DNA from: Anaerolineae bacterium
Lineage (GTDB): Bacteria > Chloroflexota > Anaerolineae > Anaerolineales > UBA4823
Direction: 5' to 3'
Length of the DNA stretch: 64,000 nucleotides
Assembly: GCA_037439525.1 (NCBI GenBank)
Contig: JBBIVW010000008.1
Location: forward strand, 884-64,883
Shown here: one piece after another, positions 1 through 8,913 of the stretch
Position numbering within the stretch: the first letter of the stretch is position 1
Layout: each line of letters begins with the position of its first letter
Notes under the pieces: model-generated
Database searches by the model: none
What the model was told of the DNA's origin: nothing
What the model saw: the letters and a program-made list of their open reading frames with translations, nothing else
Made by a program: the position numbers and the translations under genes

Positions 1-82
1 TGCCAAGTATGTTGAGTCAAGCTGTACTGCTGGGCTTACACGTGATCGAGAATGGCTAAGGTTGTATCCTTTGCCTTTTAGG

Positions 83-742
83 ATGTTGGAGGATAACCAG
101 AAATTTCAAAAATACCAGTGGATTCGGGCAAGAATTAAAAAGGCGTCGTCAGATTCGCGCCCTGAGAGTCACACAATTGATTATGATAGCATTCAGCCTT
201 TGGGCGAATCATTATCATCGCGTAGGAGTTGGGCGCAACGGCGAAGTTTCCTAGAGCCTGTCCGCAGGCGTTCCATGGAGGAAATTTGGCATGAACAAGA
301 GTTGGATAATATATCTTTGTCCTTCTTTTGCCCTAAATGCATCAATCGACTAATTATTGAGCGTGTAAGTGCGCAGTGGACAGAGAAGCAATTAGCTTCT
401 TTAAGACAACAAAACTTCTTGATTCAGGATGATCTCAAGTCGTTAGAAAAAATCCCGTATGATTTCAAGTATGAGTACGAGTGTGACGATCCAGCATGCA
501 ATGGCCACACACAAAAAATTGTGGATTGGGAAATTTATCAGTCTTATAGATCTTGGTGGAGGCAATATGGAGAGGGGGAATGGGAAGAGAAACTCCGTCA
601 AAGATACGAGCTAGAAATGCAAGAGAGGAATGATACGCACTTTTTTGTAGGGACTCTGCATGCCCATCCGAAATCTTGGATCGTGATAGGATTGTTCTAT
701 CCGCCTAAAGCAGAAGCAAGGCAAGCTGCATTCGATTTTTGA
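83..742 (+). CDS. hypothetical protein with putative zinc-ribbon motifs
   Basis: The ORF is 62..742 (TTG) and the first ATG is at 83. It contains CPKC (FFCPKCINRL) and CDDPACNGH motifs. No family recognised. The region looks AT-richer than the window average. Confidence 0.5.
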   Translation: MLEDNQKFQKYQWIRARIKKASSDSRPESHTIDYDSIQPLGESLSSRRSWAQRRSFLEPVRRRSMEEIWHEQELDNISLSFFCPKCINRLIIERVSAQWTEKQLASLRQQNFLIQDDLKSLEKIPYDFKYEYECDDPACNGHTQKIVDWEIYQSYRSWWRQYGEGEWEEKLRQRYELEMQERNDTHFFVGTLHAHPKSWIVIGLFYPPKAEARQAAFDF

Positions 743-1180
743 TCATAAGTGAATTACTTCAAGGCCGTTATTAGCAATTTCGATCGTTTTGCGAGCCACT
801 ATACTGCGATGACAAACTGAACTATCATGCTCGAAACATAAGAGGCACATAGGTTTTTCGTAGGCTTGGTTGGCGAGCCTTTCTAGTACATCAGTTTGAT
901 CTTTCAAGTGCATTAAGAAGCGAGATGAAAAACTTGACCAGTCTTTTGTTTCTCTAAATTCATGACGTAATTCGCGAGGACTTCCTAGGGCCCTAATTGA
1001 CTCGTATTGTATGCCTGCTTTTGCGAGAGCTTCTGAGAGTTTGGTTTTAGAGAAACCGGGCTTTCGACTTAGTGGCAACTCGCGCACATCAACTACTATC
1101 TGAACACAATTATCTTCCATTTTTTTGACAAACTGCTTTAACGTAAGACCTTCGTAACCTATCGTATATAAACTTGTCAT
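743..1180 (-). CDS. DUF488 family protein
   Basis: N-terminus TIGYEG..., then VVDVRELPLSRKPGFSKTKL and GIQYESIRALGSP, the typical DUF488 pattern. Its stop codon directly abuts the stop of the convergent 62..742 ORF. Confidence 0.75.
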   Translation of the reverse strand: MTSLYTIGYEGLTLKQFVKKMEDNCVQIVVDVRELPLSRKPGFSKTKLSEALAKAGIQYESIRALGSPRELRHEFRETKDWSSFSSRFLMHLKDQTDVLERLANQAYEKPMCLLCFEHDSSVCHRSIVARKTIEIANNGLEVIHL

Positions 1181-1402
1181 AGGGGCCTCTGTTTGTCTCG
1201 CGATCTAATACTATTCTAATACTGAATCTGATTTATGTCAAAAAATTTCTGTTGCCTCCCAACCCTACATGCACCCGACCCGCGCTTTCGGCGCTCCTAT
1301 ATGAGCTGGGGCTTGCGGAAGGTACATTTCGGTTTGCTGTGGTTCCGGGCCGAGTCGGCGCGGCGGCTGAACCTAGCCGTTGGGCGCATCACCGTGTCAC
1401 TG

Positions 1403-1411
1403 TGATATACT
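1403..1411 (+). promoter_or_regulatory. candidate extended -10 promoter (TGaTATACT) for the DUF433/DUF5615 pair
   Basis: tgatatact lies 20 nt upstream of ATG 1431. The small palindrome tcacTgtga overlaps it. SD aagga is at 1417-1421. Confidence 0.35.
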
Positions 1412-1430
1412 AGGCGAAGGATAATAGACA

Positions 1431-1661
1431 ATGCGAAATCTAACACGGATAACATTTGACCCCAACGTGATGGGTGGCAAACCTTGTATTCGGGGGTTGC
1501 GTGTCACTGTCGGGACGATTGTTGGACTGGTCGCCGCAGGGTATTCAAACACAGATATTTTAATAGCCTACCCCTACTTAGAAGAAGAAGATATCCGTGA
1601 AGCACTAGCCTATGCTGCTTGGCGAGCCGAAGAAATGGAATTGCCTTTGAACATTCCATGA
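1431..1661 (+). CDS. DUF433 domain protein (antitoxin-like partner of DUF5615)
   Basis: 76 aa with ITFDPNVMGGKPCIRGLRVTVGTIV, typical of DUF433. Its stop overlaps the next start in ATGA (1658-1661). Confidence 0.8.
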   Translation: MRNLTRITFDPNVMGGKPCIRGLRVTVGTIVGLVAAGYSNTDILIAYPYLEEEDIREALAYAAWRAEEMELPLNIP

Positions 1662-2018
1662 AACTGCTGATTGATATGAACCTTTCCCATAAGTGGATTG
1701 AAGTGTTTGAGCAACAAGGATGGCAAGCGCTTCACTGGTCAACAGTGGGGGATTCACGTGCCACAGATAGAGTCATCATGGACTGGGCACATGCAAATGG
1801 TTGTATGTACCCACGCCCTGGACTTTGGCACTTTGCTAGCGCTCACTCATGCACAAGGACCAAGTGTCATCCAGGTTCGCACACAGGACATCATGCCTCA
1901 AAGTTTAGGGGGTAAGCTGGTGCAGATATTACGGCAATACGAGCCGATGCTTGAAAGTGGCGCATTGATTGTTGTGGATGAAACCAAGTCTAGGGTACGT
2001 ATTTTACCTTTTCGGTAG
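1658..2018 (+). pseudogene. DUF5615 (PIN-like) toxin-type gene, frameshifted
   Basis: The N-terminal half MKLLIDMNLSHKWIEVFEQQGW...DWAHANG is in the frame of ORF 1619..1915. The C-terminal half VVCTHALDFGTLLAL...LIVVDETKSRVRILPF is in the frame of ORF 1698..2018. The frames switch near 1795-1805. Confidence 0.7.
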
Positions 2019-2122
2019 GTTGTTCAGATGCGCCTAACCAGTCACTAGAGCGGACTCGCTACGCTTTCCGCTCCGCTGTTCCGTCAGCCCGCTTTTCTCA
2101 CCGAACTTCAAGGATGTTCTTG

Positions 2123-3193
2123 ATGTTCACCAAGCGTAAGTGCACCCTGAGCCGTCGAGAGTTTTTGAAATTTCTCGGAGTCTCATCTGCGAGCGCGTTT
2201 CTTGCGGCTTGCGGTGTTGCACCCACACCTACTCCTGAACCAGAACAACTGGTTCCGATTGATTCTGCGCAGCTCCCATCAAGAGGATTCTTTATGGGCA
2301 TGCTACCAACACCGGCTCGGGGTCAGTCGTTCGAAGATGCATATGCCCAAGCCGCCCGCTACTCAGAATTCGTTCCTGTCTGGGGCAAGCCTACTCCATT
2401 CTACAACCTTGCATCTGATTTAGGGGGAAGTTGGGGGCAAATCTTTGTCAAACAACTCATCCGGGGCAACGGAATGTTTCCAATCATTCATCTGTCATTT
2501 ATAGGTAGCGGAGTAACTCTGATCACACCGCCGGGGATGGGAACGGCAACTTTAAGCGACCCCGCATGGAGAGCTGCCTATAAACAAGCAGCACTTGACG
2601 TTGTGAAAGCTTCACGTCCCCGATATCTCTCCCTCGGGAACGAAGTAAACAGGTGGTATGAGAAATATGGCCATGACGGGCCCAATGGTTTCACAAACTA
2701 TGTCAGCCTCTATGAAGAGATTTACGAGACGGTTCATGAACTTTCTCCAGACACAAGGATATTCTGTGTCTTCGCCAGAGAAATCGTTTCCGAAAACCAT
2801 GAAGCGAATTTGGAAGTGCTTCGTTTGTTCGATGCAAACAAAATGGATTTACTGGTTTTTACCAGCTATCCTTTTGCGCTTGGAAGAACCCATCCTGCAA
2901 TGATTCCAGATGATTACTATTCAATAGCATCGAATTATATGCCAGGAAAAGCCTTTGGCTTCAGCGAAATTGCCTGGGCATCGCTTGAGGCGCTTGGAGG
3001 GGAGCAAGCACAAGCTGATTTTATAGTCCAAGCGACAACTCGACTCACCCGAGATAGAGGCATTAACTTACACTTGTTTGGATGGTCATGGCTTCACGAC
3101 TTAAACGAAAACGATGCGGTTGGCTTGATCAAAATTGACGGAACTGAAAAACTCGCTTATGCAGCCTGGAAAAACATGTTTGAAAAAGGATAG
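2123..3193 (+). CDS. Tat-signal lipoprotein, clan GH-A-like glycoside hydrolase
   Basis: Twin-arginine motif SRREFLKF followed by lipobox LAAC. LGNEVN and FSEIAW resemble the acid/base and nucleophile Glu motifs of TIM-barrel GH-A enzymes. ATG 2123 has better SD spacing (aagga) than ATG 2114. Confidence 0.6.
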   Translation: MFTKRKCTLSRREFLKFLGVSSASAFLAACGVAPTPTPEPEQLVPIDSAQLPSRGFFMGMLPTPARGQSFEDAYAQAARYSEFVPVWGKPTPFYNLASDLGGSWGQIFVKQLIRGNGMFPIIHLSFIGSGVTLITPPGMGTATLSDPAWRAAYKQAALDVVKASRPRYLSLGNEVNRWYEKYGHDGPNGFTNYVSLYEEIYETVHELSPDTRIFCVFAREIVSENHEANLEVLRLFDANKMDLLVFTSYPFALGRTHPAMIPDDYYSIASNYMPGKAFGFSEIAWASLEALGGEQAQADFIVQATTRLTRDRGINLHLFGWSWLHDLNENDAVGLIKIDGTEKLAYAAWKNMFEKG

Positions 3194-3228
3194 AGATGCG
3201 ATAAAATCACCACGGAGACTCAACTGCG

Positions 3229-3900
3229 ATGTGCGGCAGATTTACACTTACCGCTGACCCCGATCAACTGCGCGAGGCATTCCCCTGGTTGGAGATCCCA
3301 GAAGGCGCGCTCACCCCGCGCTACAACATTGCCCCCAGCCAACCGGTGGCGGTGGTGCCTAATGATGGTAAAAACCGCCTGGACTTCTTCGTGTGGGGAT
3401 TGATTCCCTCCTGGGCGAAAGACCCCGCCATGGGCAACCGCCTGATCAACGCCCGCGCCGAAAGTGCAGATGAAAAACCCGCGTTTCGAGCCGCATTGCG
3501 CCGACGGCGTTGCTTGATCCCCGCAGATGGCTTCTACGAGTGGAAAATCCTACCCGGCAAGAAAGCCAAACAACCGGTGTACATCCGCCACATCGACGAC
3601 CGACCCTTCGCCTTTGCCGGCCTGTGGGAAATTTGGGATGCTCCCGATGGTTCTCAAATCCTCTCCTGCACCATCCTGACCACACAGCCCAATGACCTCA
3701 TCCGTCCGATACACAACCGCATGCCGGTAATCCTGGCGCCGGAGGCATATGCCGACTGGTTGACGCCAGACCAAGTGAACCCCCAGGCGATCAAAGGGCT
3801 GCTCAAGCCCTACCCCTCGCTGCAATTGAAAATGTACGAAGTCTCCACGCTGGTAAACAACCCGGCTAACGAATTGCCTGCCTGCATCCAACCCCTCTAA
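3229..3900 (+). CDS. yedK: SOS response-associated peptidase (SRAP/YedK, abasic-site DNA-protein crosslink protein)
   Basis: Starts MCGRF (catalytic Cys2). Contains NIAPSQ, NARAES and ADGFYEW motifs. 223 aa. Confidence 0.9.
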   Translation: MCGRFTLTADPDQLREAFPWLEIPEGALTPRYNIAPSQPVAVVPNDGKNRLDFFVWGLIPSWAKDPAMGNRLINARAESADEKPAFRAALRRRRCLIPADGFYEWKILPGKKAKQPVYIRHIDDRPFAFAGLWEIWDAPDGSQILSCTILTTQPNDLIRPIHNRMPVILAPEAYADWLTPDQVNPQAIKGLLKPYPSLQLKMYEVSTLVNNPANELPACIQPL

Positions 3901-5303
3901 TGGCGCAAATCCGCCAACCTACCCCTCAGCTGACCGCCGAAGCCTTTCTGACCGAGAGCCTGCGCCAGAAGGAGCGCGGGCGGGACGTCGGATACATCCT
4001 TTCGGCAGCTCTTCGAGCCGTTGACCCTTATGAGGCCGTGTTGCGTCATATGCACCGCCGGGGAGAGAGGCTAACGATCGGTGAGGTCGTGACGAACCTG
4101 GAGTCCATCGAACGCGTGTTTGTCGTTGGCTTCGGCAAAGCCGGCGAACCCATGGCCCGCGCCGTGGTAGAGGTGCTGGGGGACCGACTGGCAGGCGGGT
4201 GCGTGATCATCAAAGAAGGCACGCGTTCCAAAAGCGCCTCGCCCCTGGAAGGAACCATCGAATTCATCGAAGCCGGCCATCCCATCCCAAACGAACGCGG
4301 CGTGCACGGCGCCACTCGAATTCAGGCGCTGCTCGAGGGAACCCAGCCCAACGACCTGATGATATGCCTCATCTCCGGCGGTGGTTCTGCCCTGTCTGTT
4401 GCCCCTGCACCAGGCATACACCTCGAAGAACTGCAAACGCTCACCCGCCTGCTCTTGGCGAGTGGGGCGGATATCTATGCCATTAACACGTTGCGTAAAC
4501 ACCTGGAGCTATTGAAAGGCGGTGGGCTGGCAAGGATGGCATTCCCTGCCAAAGTTGCTTCGCTCATCCTTTCTGATGTCGTCGGCGACCCCCTCGAAGC
4601 CATCGCCTCTGGTCCCACGGCGCCAGACCCAACCACTTTTCAGCAGGCTTATGGTATCCTGGAGCGCTACGGGTTGATCGCGCACACACCACGCGCCATC
4701 CTACAACATCTGCAAGAAGGCATGCGCGGCACCATTCTCGAAACACCCAAGCCGGGCGACCCGCTCTTCGATCGTGTTCACAATGTGATCATCGCCAATA
4801 ACTCAGTGGCGGTACACGCAGCGCGCTCCGCGGCGCGCCAAAAGGGGTTTAAATCAGCCGTGCTGACCACCTTTCTACAAGGTGAAGCACGCCAGGTCGG
4901 GCGTGTGTTGGCTGCCACGTTGCGTCAGATCGTGGCCAGCGGTGAGCCGTTGTCCCGCCCGGCATGCCTCATTGCCGGAGGTGAGACTACCGTGACCCTG
5001 CAGGGCAAAGGGTTGGGTGGGCGCAACCAGGAGATGGCGCTTAGCGCCGCTCTCGACCTGGCCGGCCTGCGCGACGTTGCTCTGATAACCCTGGCCACAG
5101 ATGGGGGAGATGGTCCCACCGACACGGCAGGCGCGGTGGTCACTGGAGAGACGTTGTCTCGCGCCCAGGCGCTAGGGATGGAAGCCCAGGTTTACTTGGA
5201 AGACAATAATGCCTATTCCTTTTTCGCGCGCCTGGGGGACCTGATTCACACCGGGGCCACCCAAACGAACGTAAACGATCTGGTGTTTCTGTTCGCTTTC
5301 TAA
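3900..5303 (+). CDS. glycerate 2-kinase / MOFRL-family (DUF4147+MOFRL) protein
   Basis: 467 aa with GFGKAG, ISGGGSAL, LKGGGLAR and GGETTV motifs typical of TtuD/GckA-type enzymes. The start overlaps the yedK stop (TAATG). Confidence 0.75.
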   Translation: MAQIRQPTPQLTAEAFLTESLRQKERGRDVGYILSAALRAVDPYEAVLRHMHRRGERLTIGEVVTNLESIERVFVVGFGKAGEPMARAVVEVLGDRLAGGCVIIKEGTRSKSASPLEGTIEFIEAGHPIPNERGVHGATRIQALLEGTQPNDLMICLISGGGSALSVAPAPGIHLEELQTLTRLLLASGADIYAINTLRKHLELLKGGGLARMAFPAKVASLILSDVVGDPLEAIASGPTAPDPTTFQQAYGILERYGLIAHTPRAILQHLQEGMRGTILETPKPGDPLFDRVHNVIIANNSVAVHAARSAARQKGFKSAVLTTFLQGEARQVGRVLAATLRQIVASGEPLSRPACLIAGGETTVTLQGKGLGGRNQEMALSAALDLAGLRDVALITLATDGGDGPTDTAGAVVTGETLSRAQALGMEAQVYLEDNNAYSFFARLGDLIHTGATQTNVNDLVFLFAF

Positions 5304-5314
5304 CGCGCCATCCC

Positions 5315-7105
5315 CTATGGCAAGCGCACACACCGAAACCCGACGTAGTTATACCCTTGATCGGGCAGGTTGCGGCCGCGCGTTGTGGTGCGAATCTGGT
5401 AGACACCTCCATGCCAGGCTCCGCCGCGCACCACACGATGGATGCCCTCCTCTGGCCCCGTAGGGTTTTCGGCTGGAGAACGCGCATAATATGTGGGGTC
5501 AAACCAATCCATGACCCATTCCCAGACGTTGCCAGCCATATCAAATAGACCGAAGGGGCTGACTCCCGATGGATAACTCCCCACGCGCGTTACCTCACCC
5601 AAACATCCTGCCCCAGACATCCAAAAGTTGGCCAGCTGGCAGGTTGCCTCCATGCCCCATGGAAAGAGGCGACCATCTGTGCCTCTGGCGGCTTTTTCCC
5701 ATTCGGCTTCCGTGGGCAGGCGCCCTCCCCGCCAGGTGCAATAATCCTGAGCCATAGACCAGGTGACATGCAAGACGGGAAAATCAGCAAATTCCGCATT
5801 GCCATAGTAGTCGGTATGCGTCGCCGAGCTGACTTGTAAGGGTTGCCTGCATGCCCTTGCCTGCACGCATACCGCGTACAGGGCGTTGGTGACTTCGTAG
5901 AGGTCGATGTAGAAATCATCCAGAGTCACCGTATGTTCGGGACGCTCCTCTTCGGCGCCATAGTTGCTGCCCATCAAAAAGGGACCCGCCGGCACCAGAG
6001 CCATCAGCACTCCCTGTTCATCCTCAATGCGCGTGGGCAAGGCAGTGGGGGTCGCTTCCGAAGTGGGGGTGGGCACTTCGGTCTGCGTTGGTGTGGCGCT
6101 CCCCTCGGGGGTAGCAGTAAAGGCAGTTTCTGTGGCTTGAGGTGTGGGTGTGCGTTCGCGGATGAACTCGTTGTACAGGAAAAGCCCGCCTCCGATCAAA
6201 ATCCCTAATAGCACCACCACGGCAAAAAGCCCTCCCAGAATCCAGACCCAAGAAGGGCGCGTGGCAGATGGCTGGGTGACCTTTTCGGCGGCGTACACGG
6301 CTTCCTGCAATGCCTGCTTGAATTGAAGGACGCTTGGATACCGCTGTGTTGCATCGATGGCAATAGCCCGCATGACGACATCATTAAGCGCCTCGCTCAC
6401 CATCGGGTTAAGCTCGCGCAGCGGTCTAGGCGGGGTAACGTCTTTACCCTTGATCAACACCGACTCGGGCAAGCGCTTCCCTCCCAGTAGAACATAAAGT
6501 GTGGCGCCCAAGGCATACACATCGCTACGCTCATCCATCTGGCCTTTGCCATATTGTTCTGGAGGAGAAAAACCCGGTGAAACCCCACGCACAGCAAGCG
6601 CACTGCGCACTTGAGGGTTGGAGACGCCGATATCTCCAAAGCCAACCAAGATGACCTCTCCTGCCGGGTTGATCCGAAAACTGGAGGGCTTCACATTCCC
6701 GTGAAGGATGTTTGGGCTTTGCCGATGCAGGTAACTCAATGCGTCGCAGCCCTTCGACACCCACTCCACTGCCTGCTGTATCTCAAGGGGCGCATCACGA
6801 CGTTCGAAAACCATTTGCAGGTCTTCTCCTTCGATAAACTCCGCCACCAGATAAAACCCTTGACCTGGCAGGGTGAAGGCGTCTAAAATTTTGGGCAAAT
6901 TACTGTGCTGGAGGGCGATCAGACGTTGAGCGAGCGCCTCAAGTTGAGCGATTTCTTGCTCATCGTTCGTGATGACTTCTTGCAACGCGACTGGGACATT
7001 ATGCTCCAAATCCCAAGCGCGATAGACGGCGCCGAATTCGCTGCCACCCATTCGCTTGGCAATGCGGTACTTTTCGTGAATCACCTGCCCCTGTGATAGA
7101 CTCAT
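5315..7105 (-). CDS. membrane receptor: Ser/Thr-kinase-like (predicted pseudokinase) domain + TM + Pro/Thr linker + FGE/SUMF1-like domain
   Basis: The kinase fold is recognisable (GGSEFGAVYRA, SPPEQ), but VAIK reads VALQ, HRD reads HGN and DFG reads GFG. TM helix WVWILGGLFAVVVLLGILIGGGLFLY. C-terminal FGE-type motifs RPEHTVTLDDFYID, GNVWEWV and RVVRGGAW. Confidence 0.85.
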   Translation of the reverse strand: MSLSQGQVIHEKYRIAKRMGGSEFGAVYRAWDLEHNVPVALQEVITNDEQEIAQLEALAQRLIALQHSNLPKILDAFTLPGQGFYLVAEFIEGEDLQMVFERRDAPLEIQQAVEWVSKGCDALSYLHRQSPNILHGNVKPSSFRINPAGEVILVGFGDIGVSNPQVRSALAVRGVSPGFSPPEQYGKGQMDERSDVYALGATLYVLLGGKRLPESVLIKGKDVTPPRPLRELNPMVSEALNDVVMRAIAIDATQRYPSVLQFKQALQEAVYAAEKVTQPSATRPSWVWILGGLFAVVVLLGILIGGGLFLYNEFIRERTPTPQATETAFTATPEGSATPTQTEVPTPTSEATPTALPTRIEDEQGVLMALVPAGPFLMGSNYGAEEERPEHTVTLDDFYIDLYEVTNALYAVCVQARACRQPLQVSSATHTDYYGNAEFADFPVLHVTWSMAQDYCTWRGGRLPTEAEWEKAARGTDGRLFPWGMEATCQLANFWMSGAGCLGEVTRVGSYPSGVSPFGLFDMAGNVWEWVMDWFDPTYYARSPAENPTGPEEGIHRVVRGGAWHGGVYQIRTTTRGRNLPDQGYNYVGFRCVRLP

Positions 7106-7293
7106 GTCAACCTCCCCAGATACACTTCACTACATGACCGGTATGACACTCTGATTATATCTCATTCGAGCAGAAATCTCTCAGCCCAGGGCAAAAACAG
7201 ACCTTACAGGCTCACAAGGAGATACCTTCTCTGCGCTTGTAATGACAAAATAGGGAGATGTGCAAATTCGTGAAAACATATTGACTTTTTTTT

Positions 7294-7302
7294 TGCTATA
7301 CT
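7294..7302 (+). promoter_or_regulatory. candidate extended -10 promoter (TGcTATACT)
   Basis: tgctatact lies about 237 nt upstream of ATG 7539. The nearby TTGACT (7281-7286) is only 10 nt away, so it is not a usable -35. Confidence 0.35.
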
Positions 7303-7538
7303 GGGAAGGAATTTAGCGAAAGGAACATTCTTTGCGCCTGTCCAGGGAGATACGGGGGAATTGCGGATGGCAAACAAGAAACCAGCAACGCAGTCTGCAT
7401 CATGCATCAGGGAGTGTTTCCATGGACAGCGCAGCGGCTGAACTGTGCGCATGCGGCTCATTCTCCTTTGCATCACCGCATGCCCTCTACAAACCGTAAG
7501 CTGGGTTTAAAGCAAGCGTTTTGCATTCAGGTGAGAAA

Positions 7539-8903
7539 ATGTCAGGCAAAAAAGAAATGCCAGCAGAACAGGCAAACAAACTTACCAAAAGGGGTTTTCT
7601 GCGCCATGGCGCTGAAATCCTGCTGTTCTTAATCCTGGCTGGGGTGCTGATTTTTGCCCTGCAACTTATTCCGCAAGGGAATCCCCCCTCGGGCAAGGGC
7701 AGCGCAGCCTCCTCAGCTTACCCCCCTTACCCACCACCCGGGGAAGCGAGAGCTACGCCTACACCAACTGCAGTCAAACCCCCTCCGTGTAAATTCAGCG
7801 GTGGCGCCGCGCCCGAAGCCAGTGGGCCAACGTTGGACGATTATGTGTTTTCCGAACCGCAGGTGGTCTTGACCAGCACCACTGCGCTCGGTATCGCCAG
7901 TTGGCTGCCAGACAGCGAGCGTCTATTGATTACACGACAGACAATGAATGGCCAGCAAACGATAGAGACCTTCAACTACCTTACAGGAGAAACGATAATC
8001 TATGCTGAACGAGACGGGGAACATGGGAAACCAATCTGGATAAATGAACTAAACGCAATTGCTTATGCAACCTCCGTACAAGACCACTATGAGCTTTGGA
8101 TAGGCTACAGGAACATCCAGGAGAATGCAAGGATCGCGAGCGATGCTTCTGGCTGGTCACTAGCTACTGATGGAAAACGGTTGGTTTATTTTTCACCTGC
8201 AATTGGAGATATACCACAGATATGGGATTCGAACACAAAAGTAACCCGAGGAACAGGGATTGACTTAACCAAATGGGAATATCCTAAATTCCCCAACAGC
8301 ATGCGCCCGCCCGTCAAAGGGAAAACCTTTGAAACTGCCTTACAACCGAATGGAGCATTGATAGCCTTCTACGGTTATGGCTGGTTCTTTTTGCTTGATG
8401 AGACAACAAAACAAATTTGTGAGATAGATTTAGAACAGTATGGTGCTGCTTCATTGGTTCTCCGTATTGCCTGGAGCCCGGATGGACGTTTCATCGCAAT
8501 GATAGTGACACCTAATTATCCGGGTGAGTTAGTATCTTCTAGTAATATTCTTGTCCTAGACTTGGTTAGTGGGAAGACGCGTAGTCCTGTGCTTGAATCC
8601 CCCGTAGTACGCGATATAGCATGGTCGGATAACAGTCAATTTCTTGCTGCATTAAGTGCAGACCTGGCTGAGTTTCAGAATGGTTCTCCTCTCTCAAAGA
8701 TTTATGTCATTGACATCTTTGATGACAGGCCACCAAAAGCAATTTCAGCACAGTTATTTGGAGGTGGCGCAACAAATGGGTGGCTATTAGCCTGGTCTCC
8801 TAACGGTAAAGTAATCTCTGTAAAATGCCCTACTTTGCTTGAAACAGAGCCTACCATTGCTCAGGACAATATTTGCATCATCGAAGTTTTTCAAAAGCCT
8901 TAA
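7539..8903 (+). CDS. membrane-anchored TolB-like beta-propeller protein
   Basis: SD aggtga is followed by ATG 7539. N-terminal TM helix ILLFLILAGVLIFALQLI and a Pro-rich linker. Repeated IAWSPDGRFIA / LAWSPNGKVIS motifs of WD40-like/TolB propellers. Confidence 0.6.
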   Translation: MSGKKEMPAEQANKLTKRGFLRHGAEILLFLILAGVLIFALQLIPQGNPPSGKGSAASSAYPPYPPPGEARATPTPTAVKPPPCKFSGGAAPEASGPTLDDYVFSEPQVVLTSTTALGIASWLPDSERLLITRQTMNGQQTIETFNYLTGETIIYAERDGEHGKPIWINELNAIAYATSVQDHYELWIGYRNIQENARIASDASGWSLATDGKRLVYFSPAIGDIPQIWDSNTKVTRGTGIDLTKWEYPKFPNSMRPPVKGKTFETALQPNGALIAFYGYGWFFLLDETTKQICEIDLEQYGAASLVLRIAWSPDGRFIAMIVTPNYPGELVSSSNILVLDLVSGKTRSPVLESPVVRDIAWSDNSQFLAALSADLAEFQNGSPLSKIYVIDIFDDRPPKAISAQLFGGGATNGWLLAWSPNGKVISVKCPTLLETEPTIAQDNICIIEVFQKP

Positions 8904-8913
8904 GGAGAAAGCC

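Noticed and set aside
7281-7286. TTGACT looks like a perfect -35 hexamer.
   Set aside because: It is only 10 nt from the TATACT box, so it cannot serve as the -35 for it. No -10 lies 17 nt downstream of it.
7370-7400. ggcaaacaagaaaccagcaacgcag in the 7.3-kb leader superficially resembles the GGCAAACC...GACGCAAAGC core of c-di-GMP-I (GEMM-I) riboswitches.
   Set aside because: I could not draw the P1b hairpin, the tetraloop/receptor pair or the second half of the aptamer. The match is only a few nucleotides. It needs an Infernal scan before any claim.
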